In this document: positions 13,041-26,755 of the stretch, piece by piece
Numbering within the stretch: the stretch's first letter is position 1
Layout: every line of letters starts with the position of its first letter
From: Octopus vulgaris
Taxonomy: Eukaryota
DNA length: 64,000 bases
Direction: 5' to 3'
Assembly (NCBI GenBank): GCA_951406725.2
Contig: OX597824.1
Location: forward strand, 50,406,001 to 50,470,000
The notes under the pieces: model-generated
Seen by the model: only the letters and a program-made list of their open reading frames with translations
Database searches by the model: none
What the model was told of the DNA's origin: nothing
Translations under genes and position numbers: made by a program

Positions 13041-14213
13041 CTATCTGTTTTCTTTAGGGGACCAAAAACGTAACAGAAATTTAGTCACATGTGGGCATGA
13101 TCCGAAAAGTTCTGTCCTTGAGTTTAGACATGTAGTAGGGTCTAAGCTGCTTTTCCAGATAAGCCATCTCTCCATGTCACATAGGCAGCACCTTCCGCTG
13201 CCGTTGGTATAGGACTTACATTTGGCTAAAATCTTCCAATGTATGTTATAATCGACACCTTTATCTCTTAAAGACCAAATATGATTAGATAATTGTGTCG
13301 CTTTTCTTTTGTTCCAGTGCCTAAAGCTCAAAGTGTGGTTATTGAACCTGGCCTTGAAATTACCCTCTGTAAGGCCCACGTATTTCTTCGTCGAAACGGT
13401 GTCTTTAGTGGTTATAGAGTCTACGGTAGCTTCATATATGATTGTCTTGGACATGCAAGCTCCATTTAGCGGGCACAATTCTTTATTCCTGCATGAACAG
13501 CTGTTTTCTTGTGTTTTTTGTATGTTATGTTTGATTATGTTTTTAAAATTGGTAGTGGAACTAAAACTAATTTTTAAATTGTGTCTATTGAAGAGTTTCC
13601 TATAAGTATGGTTAACTGGAAAATGTATATCTATCAGTGCTAGGAAATATTTACCTATATTGAAGGCCACCTCGGGTGAGTAAGGGGGTGTAAACCAGAT
13701 GACCTTCCTATTTCTATTATTCCTTTTCCTTACTGCTGGGCCAGTAACGGGTGTATATTTTATTTTTTCGCTAAAACCTCTATCTTTTAAAGCCTTATTA
13801 TAAACTGGGACAACGCTATTAAAAATGTCCTTATCAGAGGAGAGGCTAGAAATCCTCTTACTAATATTTTTAACTAAATTTTTGAATACTATAGTGGGAT
13901 GGCATGAACCTACATTAATATAACTTAGTCTATCATTGGGCTTCCTATAAGATTTATAAATATTCTTATTAAGATCTAAGGAAACGTCCAAGAAATTGAC
14001 AACCGTCAGGTTAGTATCTATAGTTATACTAAGTCCGAAGTATTTCATTAACTGGATAATATCCTTCCTAAAACGATCTTGTGTTGGTCCATTTATATTA
14101 GCTGTTAAGGCGAGGGCATCATCTTTGTAGATGGCGAAATGTACGTCAGGGAATGTCTTACCTAAGGTATCTAGGAGAAAAAAATCCAATAAGTTTGCAA
14201 ATGCCTGCCCCAT
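13041..14213 (-). pseudogene. PLE reverse transcriptase C-terminal half plus GIY-YIG endonuclease (390-aa frame)
   Basis: ORF track 13041-14213 carries YKDD, VNFLDVSLDL, VIWFTPPYS and GIY-YIG motifs. The N-terminus is truncated and frameshifted. Confidence 0.85.
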
Positions 14214-14317
14214 CGTATGACCCCATGCTCACATCGAAAGCGCCCTCTGTGTCGGTGTTTTTGATCCACTTTGCGTTCTCACTGAAAAGTAAGGTCTTTT
14301 GTTATCTTACCGTTTTA

Positions 14318-14349
<32 letters not shown>

Positions 14350-14352
<3 letters not shown>

Positions 14353-15650
14353 ATTAGTGAATTGAAGAAATGGAGTTGAACGAAGATTGAACAGAAATCG
14401 TTTTATTGCATTCTACACGTGTTTCGAAAGGCACAATTTACTGAATATTTATAGAGATTAGTATCCTGTTTCCAATATTGGAGCTACATTTAAAATCAGA
14501 AATGCAAATTCCCCGCTTTTCTGTCAAACATTCAATTTCAGAGAGAATTTTTTGATGAAGTGTAGCTCAATTGCTCTTCGGTATTGCAGGTTATCCTGTA
14601 AACATTTGTAAAAGGGGAATATTTAGAATTTTCCGTCTCTGCATATTTCCAAATGCTTGCTGAGCGGAATCTTGCATAATTCCTCTTGTCGGATATGTTG
14701 CCCGTGGATTCTTACACGTTGGCAGAGGGAATTATTTGTTTCACCTATGTAATTTTCTTTGCAGTTGGGGCAGGTAATTCAGTATATGAGGATCGACGTT
14801 TTGCAGTTCATGTCTGCATTTATTTTGAACGAGAATCCGCTCTTGAATTTTATGTGGGAACCACTTTCTAAGTATTTAAATTTGTTGTTGATGTTGCATT
14901 ATGGGGCTCTGGATGAGTATAGGTAAGTTCGATTTTATGGCGTGAAAGATGTTGGTTATCCAAGGACTGTGTATGTTAACAAACAGATTCGTGTGTTCAT
15001 TAATGTTTTCCTTAGCTGTCCGTAGTTGGGTGATGCTCAGTTTCGTCGCTTTTTAATTCCCTCATTAATGAATCCAAAGGGGTATTTCTGCATTGTGAGG
15101 AAGCTTTTGAGCTCATTGAGTTGGATTTCACGTATTTTGAGGTCAGTGTGAAGTGTGTTCAGTATAGTGTTAAATATATTTAGGTCTTCGTTTGATTTGT
15201 CTCAAAAGCTGAAGCAATCATCAAGGAAGCGTTTCCACTTTTTAATGATATATTTTTTGTACACCTGAACAAAAGTTTTCTCTACTTCCTCATAAAGATT
15301 TTCTTCCAAGTATCCCATGACTAAGTTCGCATATGACGGTGCGAACCGCGTCCCCATAGTCGTGCCTTAACTGTCGTTATATTTTACTATCGAATCTAAA
15401 TGTATTTTCTTTTAGTACCAGGCGAGTGGCCTTCGTAATGAAGTCAGTCTTGAAGCGTTCATCTATCCGTCCTCTATGTTTCTCTACCCAGTGCTTGACT
15501 GCTTCCAGGCCTAAAGCGTGAGGTATATTGGTATAAAGATTGGTAATGTCAAAACTTTTAAGTATAGTAACTTCTAGGACAGTGGATGGGATTGCTGGAT
15601 GAAATCTATGCCATCACATATATAACTGGTATAACTGGGAATTAAAGGGC
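14350..15650 (-). mobile_element. Decayed Penelope-like element (RT + GIY-YIG) with decayed hammerhead at 14408-14505
   Basis: Minus-strand translation gives SFDITNLYTNIPHALGLEAV, GTTMGTRFAPSYANLVMGYLE, WKRFLDDCF and ITCPNCKENYIGETNNSL, with stops and frameshifts. GAAACACGTGTA half-ribozyme at the 3' end. Confidence 0.85.
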
Positions 15651-15666
15651 GTATATATATACATAC

Positions 15667-15739
<73 letters not shown>

Positions 15740-15789
15740 CATACATACATATATATATATGTATATATATATATGTATATATATATATG

Positions 15790-15840
<51 letters not shown>

Positions 15841-15857
15841 ATATGTATACATTTATG

Positions 15858-16049
15858 TGTGTGTCTTTGTGTGTTTTTGTCCTTCCACCATCACTGAAGA
15901 ATCGATGTTAACGTTCCTGTAACTTAGCGGTTAAGCAAAAGAGATTGATAGAATAAGTCCTGGTGTCGATTTCTGTGACTAAAACTCTTTAAAGCGATGC
16001 TCCAGCATGGCCGCAGTCAAATTATTGAAACAATTAAAAGAATAAAAGA

Positions 16050-16050
<1 letters not shown>
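15858..16050 (+). mobile_element. SINE family A, 3' half
   Basis: Matches 24800-25010 (TGCTCCAGCATGGCCGCAGTCAAAT..TGAAACA). Confidence 0.7.
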
Positions 16051-16108
<58 letters not shown>

Positions 16109-16392
16109 CATACCACAATGATATCCATTTGGCAGTTGATGACGGGAATATATACTTGTCATGCTTGTTTGTCTCGTTATTCTGAGTCGTCCTTCATTTT
16201 TGTAAAGTGGAAAGTGTTTGTAGATTCATGATTTGTGGAGATTACTTACATTAATATTGGTTGGTTTTCTTCATAGATGACCTTATTAAGCTTAGATAAC
16301 GCTTACTAGATAAGATATTGGTGTCTAGTTTGGGGAGGTTCTGTGGCATAATATTATGTGTGTCTGTGTTTGCGTGCGTGTGTGTGGTGTAT

Positions 16393-16447
<55 letters not shown>

Positions 16448-18493
16448 TGTGTGCATATGTGTGTGTACGTAAATGCCGCACAATGAAAATAAGTACTCAA
16501 TACGGCTTGATGGGTAAAATTTCTTTATTTGTATATTTGTGCATTAAGGATACACTTGGTTTCATGTTAAGAAAATATCTTGATATGTTTACAATTTTTC
16601 AAGTCGATCACAAAGAGGAATATTGTTCGTCTCCATTTTGGATAAAAACATATATATGTGTATGTGTGTGCGCATGTATGTGTGTGTATGTGTGGAGAGA
16701 GAAAGAGAGAGAGAAGGTGAGAGGGATAGGAGAGATCGATAGATACATTCGGCTTTTAGCTCCGGGTTAAATAATTAGCCCTGTATCTCGATGTTGGTTC
16801 AAGTAATTATTGCATTGAGGCAAAGAAGCGGTAGAGGGTTGGACGAAATGCTTAACAATATCAAGTTTTGTACTTTTTACACATTACCACACAATATACT
16901 GCCACGATCAACTTTCACTTTCATCCTCCAAGAGTCATAAAATAAATACTGAGGTTTACTATTGGATAACACCAAATATTTTAACCGTCACTGACTGATT
17001 AAACTAATTGAACCTAATTACATTGGACAGTCGTAAAGGACTATTACGTTTATCAGACCTGACTATGAACAAAATAAAGGAACCACTGGACTGGTTTCAA
17101 GCGTGTTAACAGCTTCGTCAGCTATCGCTTACCTTTCTCTTAACTATCCACTGTGAGTTTCTAATTAAATACACTATTATCTAAGTGCTTTATTAAGCCA
17201 AGAACTCCGATTTGAATATTTGATTAATTTTTTATAGTTCTACTGAATAAATTATTGGTTTAATAAATAAAATTTCACAGTGGTCAGATGACAGAGGAAT
17301 AAATGGTTGTTGAAGAGAACGTGAACAGGATGGACCGATCCCTCTTTCTCTGTCCACGGTGAAATTGTCTATTCATGACAGCCGTTTGCGACTGCCCAAT
17401 ATATTTAATTCTTTTTATTAGTTTACTGTTATTGTGTTGGATAAAAATTTTGAGGTTTTCCCCATAATATATTCTTTAGTATGAAAAAACCAAAAGAAAA
17501 GTGCTTGGTATGAATAATCTGTTAAAATGTCGGTAATATATACATTCTCCTTACTAGACACTACGTTCATATCAGTAATAATTGTCTTGTGTAGAGAGAC
17601 AAAAGAAATTAACGTTATATAGGATGTTACTATTAAAAACAACACCATCGTCTATTGTTGTCTAACAATCATCAATTAATTATACACATCATCAGTGATA
17701 CACAAACACATGCCTTGCTGCAAGCTACATTTCTAGCGTTCACAATCCACACAACCATCACCATAAACACAACACCATTATCTCATGCCTACCCGCTACT
17801 ATCACACACATCACCATCACCACTAAAGCCACCGCCATCAAGGCCACCACTACCACCACCACCAAAGGCACCACCACCACCACCACCACCAAAGGCACCT
17901 CCACTAGCAGCACCGAACAAGCATTAACACCACTAATATCAATATTTGTACAACTACTACTACCACATATATTACCACATGAATGACCGTAAACAGAATC
18001 GCCATTTTGTTTGTACCACGCACGTGAATGCGTAGAACACACACACACACACGCTCTCACACATACACGCGCACACACAACATGTAAATGTACATAGACA
18101 GACATATACATACGCACACGCAGACATACTGTACATCAACGGACACGTCCTCAAGCAAATGCGCTCCATCGCACATCGCTATTTTTACTGACCTCTCCTC
18201 TACAATCAAACTCATACTCTTCCTCACATATGTCCCACTAACCCTATTAGTGTGCATAACGTATCAACACAGCAGCGTACACGTTTCCACAAACACATAA
18301 ATATACATACACACATGCGTGTACGCTACATCGCTCTTACAGCCTTGTTACCCCGTCCTAAAATAAATCCATCTCCCCCTTATTCCTTCATCCTTCCCAC
18401 CAACATTATTCCTCATCCTATACCTCTTCCGCAATTTCCTCCTACGTTTCACTTTCTGATTGTCATACACATATACTTATGTACGCACATTCA

Positions 18494-18622
<129 letters not shown>

Positions 18623-19105
18623 TCATACACACACAAACACACACACATACATACACACACATATATATACATATACATGGATGTGTGTATATATAAATAT
18701 ATAGATGTATGCATGCAAACTATAAAAGATACATGCACACATATGGGGAGAGGAACTGACTCAAATACGCGCGCGCGCACACACACATACCCACACACTC
18801 TCACACACACATACACATGTTATACATATATCCATACGTCGTTGTCTACCCCAGTGTGAGACGCGTGCTGACTGGCCGCGTAATTGAACCTGCGAGGCAA
18901 TATCAGCAGGCACAGTAGGCTAGCACCGCTTCGAAAGACAACTGTGTCCCGTTCAAGTGATTATCGTTATCAAAACACGCATAAGTAATGTAATTAGCAG
19001 ATTACGAAACCACCACCATCACAAACACAATAACAACGACGACGTCGATGAAGACGGTGGTGCTGGCCTTGATGGTGTCGGTGTCGGTAGTGGTGGAGTT
19101 GGTGG

Positions 19106-19167
<62 letters not shown>

Positions 19168-19577
19168 GTGACAATAATTACGATGATGGTGATCATCCTT
19201 TGGAGTATATTGTCCAAAATTTCTTTCGCCTTATTAAGAGCCTAGAATGTGATTTGAAGGAGACAACGCTACTATATCTAGTTGGTTGATTGACCATTTA
19301 GGAGATTTCTTGCCTTACTTCTTTATTATAGTTGGTGGGCATTGGTGCTGGAAGTGTTTAAACGGGACTTACGATATGATTGTTGTGGTTGTGGCTGACG
19401 TCGTTATTGTTGCTAGCTACTGAAATAAACCAATCGCAAATTGCAGAATAACAGACAAACGTAGCAAACTGGGCGTACATAAAGTAAGGCAGTCAGATTA
19501 GCTGTTGCACTTCAAAGTGAATATATTGACCAGTTGTCTAAATATGGACGCAGCCACTATGTTATAGGACACTACTA

Positions 19578-19885
19578 GTACTCCGTCGATTACGACGACA
19601 AAGGTTCCAGTTGATCCAATCAACGGACCAGCCTGCTCGTGAAATTAACGTGCGAGTGAGACGCGCGTACCCTTCACGTAGTTTTCAGGAAGATTCAGTG
19701 TGACACAGAATGGGACAAGGCTGACCCTTTGAATTACAGGTACTGCTCATTTTTGCCAGCTGAGTGGACTGGAGCGACGTGAAATAAAGTGACTTGCTCA
19801 AGGAGACAACGCGCTGCCGGTTTTCGAACTCACAACTTACAATCGAGAGCCAAATACTATAAACAGTGAGTCACGCGCCTTCACT
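19578..19885 (-). mobile_element. tRNA-derived SINE family C (alternative tail)
   Basis: Shares CAGCTGAGTGGACTGGAGC.ACGTGAAATAAAGTG.CTTGCTCAAG with 21955 and 32551; B-box-like GAGTTCGAAAACC on the minus strand. Confidence 0.7.
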
Positions 19886-20530
19886 TATAGGACACAATTA
19901 TAGCTTGAAATGACGAGGTTCGAATTTTTAGAGAGGCGAAAAGAGAACGAGAGAAAGTGTTTTTTGTTTTGTTTTGTTATTAAGATCGATTAATATTGAA
20001 CAGGTCATGTGATTTAGCAGAAGGTACATTCTCCCGCGGACTTGTTATAAATCTGAGTTTTCTACGTTATGATGGCAACGCACGCTGAAGTTTGACAAGA
20101 AATTATTGTAAAACACTTCTTTGGTCTGGTTAAATTTGATAGAAACCAATGAATTACTGCCGACTTAAGCAGAGATTTATGTTGAATTTGCTTTCAAAAC
20201 ACGATTTAGAGTCAAACTTATATACGTTACTCTGAGTAATTATTGTTAGAACTAATTTCGTTGTATTATGAATAATTAATTCAATAACAAAGACAACGCT
20301 CTTCGATTACGGACGAACTTCGTTTACATTTTTGAAGAGAAACGAGCAACAAAAACCATCATCTCAGAGAAGCAAGCAACAAACAAACGTGCAATCAAGC
20401 CCCAAACCAACAAGTCACGTATACAGTTTCACCCGTTTAATGAATTTGAACACACAGTTGTGTCATATTATAGTGAAAGAAGCTTTAGAACTTGATGTTG
20501 TTGTTATTGTCGTTGTTATTATAATAATAT

Positions 20531-21410
20531 TAAGGTGGCGAACTGGCAGAATCGATAGCGTGCTGAACGAAATGCTTAGTGGTATTTCTCCCGTCGTTAC
20601 ACTCTGAGTTCAAATTCCACCAAGGTCGACCTTGCCTTTCATCCTTTCGGGGTAAGTACCAGTGAAACACTGGGTTAATATAATTGACTAGTGCCTTCCC
20701 ACCAAATTTCGGGTCTTGTGCCTATAGTAGAAAAGATTATAATAATAATATTAAGGTGGCGAACTGGCAGAATCGTTAGCAAGCCGGGTGAAATGCTTAG
20801 CGGTTCAAATTTCACCGATGTCGACTTTGCCTTTCATCCTTACGGGGTCGATAAATTAAGTACCACTTGGGGTCGATGTAATCGACTGTCCCTCTCCCCT
20901 AAATTTCAGGCCTTGTGCCTATAGTAGAAAGAATTATTAATATTGTTAATATTACGGTGGTGGAGCTGGCAGGATCGTTAGAATGCCGGTTAAAATGCTC
21001 AGCGGCATTTCTTTCAACTTACGTTCTGAGTTCAAATACTGCCGGGATCGATTTTGCCTTTCATCCTTTCAGGGTCAATAAAATATGTTGAGCGTTGGGA
21101 TCGGTATTATCGACTTATGATTTATACCTCCCCTAAAACTGCTGACCTTGTGCCAACATTTGAAATCATTATAGTTATTATTATTATTATTTAAGGCGGC
21201 GAGCTGGCAGAATCGTTAAGCACGCTGATCGAAACGCTTAGCTGTATTTCACCCGCCGCTACGTTCAGAGTCCAAATTCCGCCGTGGTCGACTTTGCCTT
21301 TCATCCTTTCCTGGGTCGATAAAACGAGTACCAGTCAAGCACTGGGATCGATGTAATTGACTAGTCTCCTTGTCCCAAATTTCAGGCCATGTATCTATAG
21401 TAGAAAGGAT
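20531..21410 (+). mobile_element. Four head-to-tail SINE family B (MetaSINE-like) copies
   Basis: Heads AAGGYGGCGARCTGGCAGAATCGTTAG near 20531, 20752, 20953 and 21192; core GTCGACTTTGCCTTTCATCCTTTCGGGGTCGATAAA; (TAA/TTA)n spacers. Confidence 0.85.
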
Positions 21411-21954
21411 AATAATAATAATATTTATTATTTTTTCTTTCTCTGTGGACAGATGTATTTTCGCATTTTGGAACATTCTATCAGTTGAAACTAGCTGAAA
21501 ACTTTAATACAATTCTTTTACTAAAACAGCTTCCAATACAAAATACTCGGAAGAGGAAATGTTTAGTTGGTAGGCCTATGTTGCAAAGAGAGATGCACCT
21601 TTATGCCAGTCTCTTATCAAACAGCCATACCAAAATAATACATTCTTATCTTGCGAAACTCAGTAAATCCAGCCTTTGTGTGGAATAATATTTGTTCCAT
21701 CAGTTGTGGCAAAACGAACTGTTCTGTGTCCATAATATTCGGAAGGCTGGTGCCAAAAACGGGCCGAGTTAATGCATTATACTCCTACAAATGAACATGA
21801 ATATGGAAAAAAAAATTGACTTACACAAGAATAAGATATACTAGTAGTATTCTGTGGAAATTCCACGCTTATTTTGAAAATTGTTAGATGGAACTGTATA
21901 ATTTTCTGAACCATTAGAATCTTGAGATGATATAAAAGTCCATAAACGAGTAGA

Positions 21955-22287
21955 GACCCCACTTCGGTCATGAACGACCATGGGATTACACCTAGAAAGT
22001 TACTTTCCGAGACACAAGTCTGGGCAAGGTTGTTTATGGAAGACCAGTAGTCGCCTATGCGTACCAGTCTCCCCTCTTCAGGACACCGATGTTAACCAAG
22101 GGAAAACAAAAGCCGATATAGCTTGGCACCAGTGACGTCGAAACTCATTTCTACAGCTGAGTGAATTGGAGCAACTTGAAATAAAGTGTTTTGCTCAAGA
22201 ACACAACACACAGCCCGGGCCGGGAATCGAATTCATTACCTCATGGTTGTGAACCCGACGCTCTAACCACTGAGCCATGTGCCTTGA
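21955..22287 (-). mobile_element. tRNA-derived SINE family C, full length
   Basis: Minus-strand head AAGGCACATGGCTCAGTGGTTAGAGCG...AATTCGATTCCCGG; colinear with 32551-32884. Confidence 0.85.
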
Positions 22288-22825
22288 AAGGAGGACAGAG
22301 AATAAGAGGGAGAAACGAACAGCGAAAAGTGTTAATTATTTATGTTTTGTCTTTATTTTTCATATCACCCATCAGTTGACGCATGTACTTTAATGAAGTA
22401 GTAATGGTCTGGCCAACAACAGACGAAGTAAAACTAACAAGACAAACAATAAGGTTCTTTCAAATAACTGTATTAAGATTTGTTAAAACTTTACCAATGT
22501 AGTGAAGCTGAATAATATAGATAATGTTTTTGATTTTGCTCCATAGTTGATACTGTTTACTTCTTAACAGTGAAAAATAACACACAACTCACAAAGTAGA
22601 AGACGTGGGAATATAAAACATTTCAGATGTCTCTTGTGATTGAACCTTTAATATTACTTATATCGACCCCCCACAGCATTATATATTCTCTTTCCTCTCT
22701 CTCTTTCTCTCTACCTCTTTCTTCAACTCTTTAATCACATGCCATAATAGCAATCCTTTCCTCCTAGCTCTCACCGCTTACCACCTTTCTCTCTTTCTCT
22801 TTCTTTCTTTCTCTCTTTCTTTATC

Positions 22826-22859
<34 letters not shown>

Positions 22860-22957
22860 TTTCTTTCTCTCCTCTAGCTGTCTCCTCTTTCTTCCTTCAA
22901 CTAATCACTACGTCACACATTTTCACATAGCGTATTAATATATATTTCTTTACTTCA

Positions 22958-23072
22958 AAGGATGAAAGGCAAAGCCAAACTGGGCGGAATTTGAACTCAG
23001 AACGTAACGGCAGACGAAATACCGCTTAGCATTTCGCCCGGCGTGCTAACGTTTGTGCCAGCTCGCCGCCTA
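22958..23072 (-). mobile_element. SINE family B, 5' part
   Basis: Reverse complement reads GGCGGCGAGCTGGCAC...GTTCTGAGTTCAAATTCCGCC. Confidence 0.8.
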
Positions 23073-23456
23073 TAGCGTTTTAATATAGATGCACCCACAC
23101 TTTATATACATGCATACATATGTATATATATTTCTCTACTTTCTCTTTTCTTTTGCTTCTACTTCTATCTCTCGCATCTTCCCTCTCTCTTATTCTCTCT
23201 TCTTCTCCTACTCTCACTTCACCTCCAATTCTATCTGACTAAAGAGTAACGTGCGAACGAACGAGCAGAATTATGATATAGATAAGTAGAATATGTATAT
23301 TTATTTAAATATATTAAGTATATTTCGTTTTTGGATTTAAATATATGTATTCAAAAAAAATCTCCGTATGTTATTTCAGTTTTTCTGTCCAGCTCTCTTT
23401 GTTGATGTCTCTCCTCTTCCTCCGTCTCTCTGTATATGCACATATATATATATATA

Positions 23457-23731
23457 TAAAATAATATGTTACATTACTCGATAGTCAAGATAAAACTCTG
23501 AGTTTTAGATGCCGAAGTGAGAATCCACAACGCCATCTCTTCGGTTATCTGGCTATTTGAAAACGCTATGAAAAAATACCGTTATACAAAGGGAAATTAT
23601 ACAAAGGGAAATTATTCAGAGTTTTATCTTGACTATCGAGTAATGTAACATATTATTTTATAGATAAATTTCCTCTATTTACATAATATTGAGGTCTCTT
23701 TCTTTCTTTTGTTATCTTACCGTTTTACCAA
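23457..23731 (-). mobile_element. Solo Naiad pseudo-LTR fold-back (hammerhead 23489-23549 with G12A lesion)
   Basis: 23457-23600 matches 12705-12848. 23616-23660 is its inverted copy and continues into a tail ending TCTTACCGTTTTACCA, as at 14295-14321. Confidence 0.85.
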
Positions 23732-23860
23732 TATACATATATATATATATGCGTGTGTATATGTGTGCGTATGTGTGTGTATATGTATGCATGTATGTAT
23801 ATGAATAACTTTATAAATGTGCATATATAAATATATATGTCTCCCTCTCTCTCGCTCTCC

Positions 23861-23896
<36 letters not shown>

Positions 23897-24006
23897 ATAT
23901 GTATATGTATGTACATATATATATATATACACATATATGTATACATAATCATTTACACATATGTGTATGAATGTATGTATGTATGTATATATACATACAT
24001 ACGTAT

Positions 24007-24049
<43 letters not shown>

Positions 24050-24104
24050 GTATGTAAATGCTTTCCCAAATAAAATTGTATTTCATTTTTCACTTCACTT
24101 TTGA

Positions 24105-24195
24105 ATCTCCGATGAAGCTATAGGGTTATATGGTAATACGGAAGTACACAACTATGAGAGCATTGCTTCCTATAACAGAAACAGCTGTAAGCTAA
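24105..24195 (+). ncRNA. Decayed hammerhead (CAGCTG stem-III family)
   Basis: CCGATGA-A-GCTATAGG...CCTATAAC-A-GAAA-CAGCTG-TA; stem I is poor. Related sequences at 32175-32230 and 34605-34685. Confidence 0.45.
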
Positions 24196-24356
24196 TGAAA
24201 TGAATTACATAATTTTTTATTCCCTTATCATTCGTTTAATTGCTTTTATACATACATACATACACACATATATATATGTACATATATATATACCTATATA
24301 TATATATGTATGAACATATATATATATATATGCATATATATATGTACACACACACG

Positions 24357-24439
<83 letters not shown>

Positions 24440-24521
24440 TTATATATATACATAAATATCTATGTGTGAGTCCTTGTGTCTGTGTCCTCCCTGCAACTTC
24501 ACAACCAGTGCTGGTGCATAT

Positions 24522-24595
<74 letters not shown>

Positions 24596-24598
<3 letters not shown>

Positions 24599-24767
24599 TG
24601 CAGGAGTGGCTGTGTGGTAAGTAGCTTGCTAACCAACCACATGGTTCCGGGTTCAGTCCCACTGCGTGGCACCTTGGGCAAGTGTCTTCTGCTATAGCCC
24701 CGGGCCGAGCAATGCCTTGTGAGTGGATTTGGTAGACGGAAACTGAAAGAAGCCTGTCGTATATATG

Positions 24768-24798
<31 letters not shown>

Positions 24799-25009
24799 TT
24801 GTGTGTCTGTGTTTGTCTCCCTAGCATTGCTTGATAACCGATGCTGGTGTGTTTACGTCCACGTCACTTAGCGGTTCGGCAAAAGAGACCGATAGAATAA
24901 GTACTGGGCTTACAAAGAATAAGTCCCGGGGTCGATTTGCTCAACTAAAGGCGGTGCTCCAGCATGGCCGCAGTCAAATGACTGAAACAAGTAAAAAAGT
25001 AAAAAAAAA

Positions 25010-25010
<1 letters not shown>
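24596..25010 (+). mobile_element. tRNA-derived SINE family A, full length
   Basis: A box TGGCTGTGTGG, B box GGTTCAGTCCC, internal (TA)/(TG) tract and A-rich tail; embedded in (TA)n. Confidence 0.9.
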
Positions 25011-25067
<57 letters not shown>

Positions 25068-25118
25068 GTATGTATATATATATGTATATATATATATATA
25101 AATATATATATATATATT

Positions 25119-25149
<31 letters not shown>

Positions 25150-25180
25150 ATATAAGTATATATATATAAATATATATATA

Positions 25181-25879
25181 AATTAGTAATGCAATACTAG
25201 AGTATTGCTTTCCAGTTAAGAATAGTGAGGGAAAAATACATAAAATAGTAAATATATGGCACAACGAAGTACCGATATTTACTGGAAATAGCGAACGTAA
25301 TAGTACGACGCTAATGTATAGCTTCACCGCGTATGTATTAGAAAAAATGCGTATGTACAACAAACTAGAAAAAATTGTCTTACCTCCAGGGAGAACATCT
25401 GAAAGATGAAATACCTGGAAAAGGATAATGTGGGACCTGCAGGTTTCAGATTTTACAAGATATGTCTGCCACCCATAATCTTGTTCTATCTTCATCAGCC
25501 AAGCATATACCATGACAAAATCTCAGATGTTAGCACATTAATACCATTACACTCGACTGAAACGCCGAAACGCCAACAGTACGAAAACGGTGAAGAAGCT
25601 TCAATAAATTAGTAATGCAATACTAGAGTATTGCTTTCCAGTAAAGAATAGCCCGTGAGGGAAAAATACACAAAATAGTAAATATATGGCACAACGAAGT
25701 ACCGATATTTACTGGAAATAGCGAACGTAATAATTCATGCATGTATGTACGTATGTATGTATGTATTTATGTATGTATGTATGTATGTATGTATGTATGT
25801 ATGTATGTATGTATGCTAATTACGTTCGCTATTTCCAGTAAATATCGGTACTTCGTTGTGCCATATATTTACTATTTTG

Positions 25880-25880
<1 letters not shown>
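25181..25880 (-). mobile_element. Second non-coding hammerhead retroelement: 426-bp unit with partial tandem repeat and inverted tail
   Basis: 25181-25302 is repeated at 25607-25732. 25819-25880 is an inverted copy of part of that repeat. (TA)n flanks. Confidence 0.8.
25428..25506 (-). ncRNA. Type I hammerhead ribozyme
   Basis: Minus strand: ATG-ct-TGG-CTGATGA-AGAT..ACAAGAT..ATCTTGT..ATCT-GAAA-CCTGCAGG-TC-CCA-CAT. Confidence 0.88.
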
Positions 25881-25940
<60 letters not shown>

Positions 25941-26614
25941 TATACATATATGAAAATCCATAAAAACATATGGAGAGGTTAGGATATACGATGGCTGACT
26001 ACGAAGGTTAATAAATGTACAGTAGTGAGTATTCAAATTATATAAAATAAATTTGTGTCAGCTTAAACACTTGTCGTTAATATCAGTTATATCGGTGCAT
26101 AGAAAACTATATATCTGTGTACGCATATATTTTGGTGGGAGATAAACATAACTGTTACAGAAATTAAACGAAATGCATTTCACTAAGAGGGAATTGTGAG
26201 CTGTTTAGTACAAATGGACAGAGGTTGCTAGTATTTGTTGGGGTTTGTGATAAACAATTATGGTGATTAGGGAGTGTATGTTTATGCAAATATGCCAGCG
26301 GAGGTTATACATATAAAGTGGTGAGGTTAGTTGCTGGTATGGTGTAAATATAAGGTTTGAGTTAAATTTTGGTAATGCAAGAGATTTCATAAAAACAGTA
26401 TGTTCGAATGAATGGATAAGCTATTGTTAGCACGTTCATAAAATAATGAGAAAACAAGGTATAAAAATATGAAGTTATTATATGTATACATGTATGCATG
26501 AATGTATGTACGTATGTATGTATGTATGTATGTATGTATGTATGTATGTATGTATGTATGTATGTATGTATGCATGCATGTATATGTATGTATGTATGTA
26601 TGTATGTATGCATG

Positions 26615-26646
<32 letters not shown>

Positions 26647-26755
26647 TGTATGCATGTATATGTATGTATGCATGAATGTTATATAGGTATGTATTTATGT
26701 ATGTATATATGCATATATGTATATATGTACACAGATACACACACACACACACACA

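Larger units (their letters stand above)
12705..14321 (-). mobile_element. Penelope-like element (Naiad-type), 5'-truncated, with inverted tail
   Basis: RT motifs FDVSMGSYDGA (frameshifted just upstream of the ORF) and IYKDDAL; CSC..CPLNGAC linker; GIY-YIG (IIYEA..KYVGLTEGNFKARF); C-terminal CCLC..E..LNSRTE..CPH. 3' UTR shared with 23457 and 58074. Both ends in (TA)n. Confidence 0.9.

Noticed and set aside
13041-13520. Possible selenocysteine recoding, reported for some Naiad PLEs
   Set aside because: The conserved Cys positions here are ordinary Cys codons, with no in-frame TGA.
17655-17927. Proline-rich 90-aa ORF
   Set aside because: It arises from a decayed (CAC)n repeat; no splice or homology support is visible.
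18957-19289. Poly-Asp / poly-His ORF
   Set aside because: (GAT)n microsatellite; the same applies to 57217-57606 and 60843-61106.
20531-21410. Regularly spaced repeats resembling a CRISPR array
   Set aside because: They are 200-240-bp SINE copies in eukaryotic DNA; there are no unique spacers or cas genes.
24596-24670. tRNA-like A/B boxes (also 22215-22287 and 32810-32884)
   Set aside because: They continue into SINE bodies and lack a full cloverleaf, so they are not tRNA genes.
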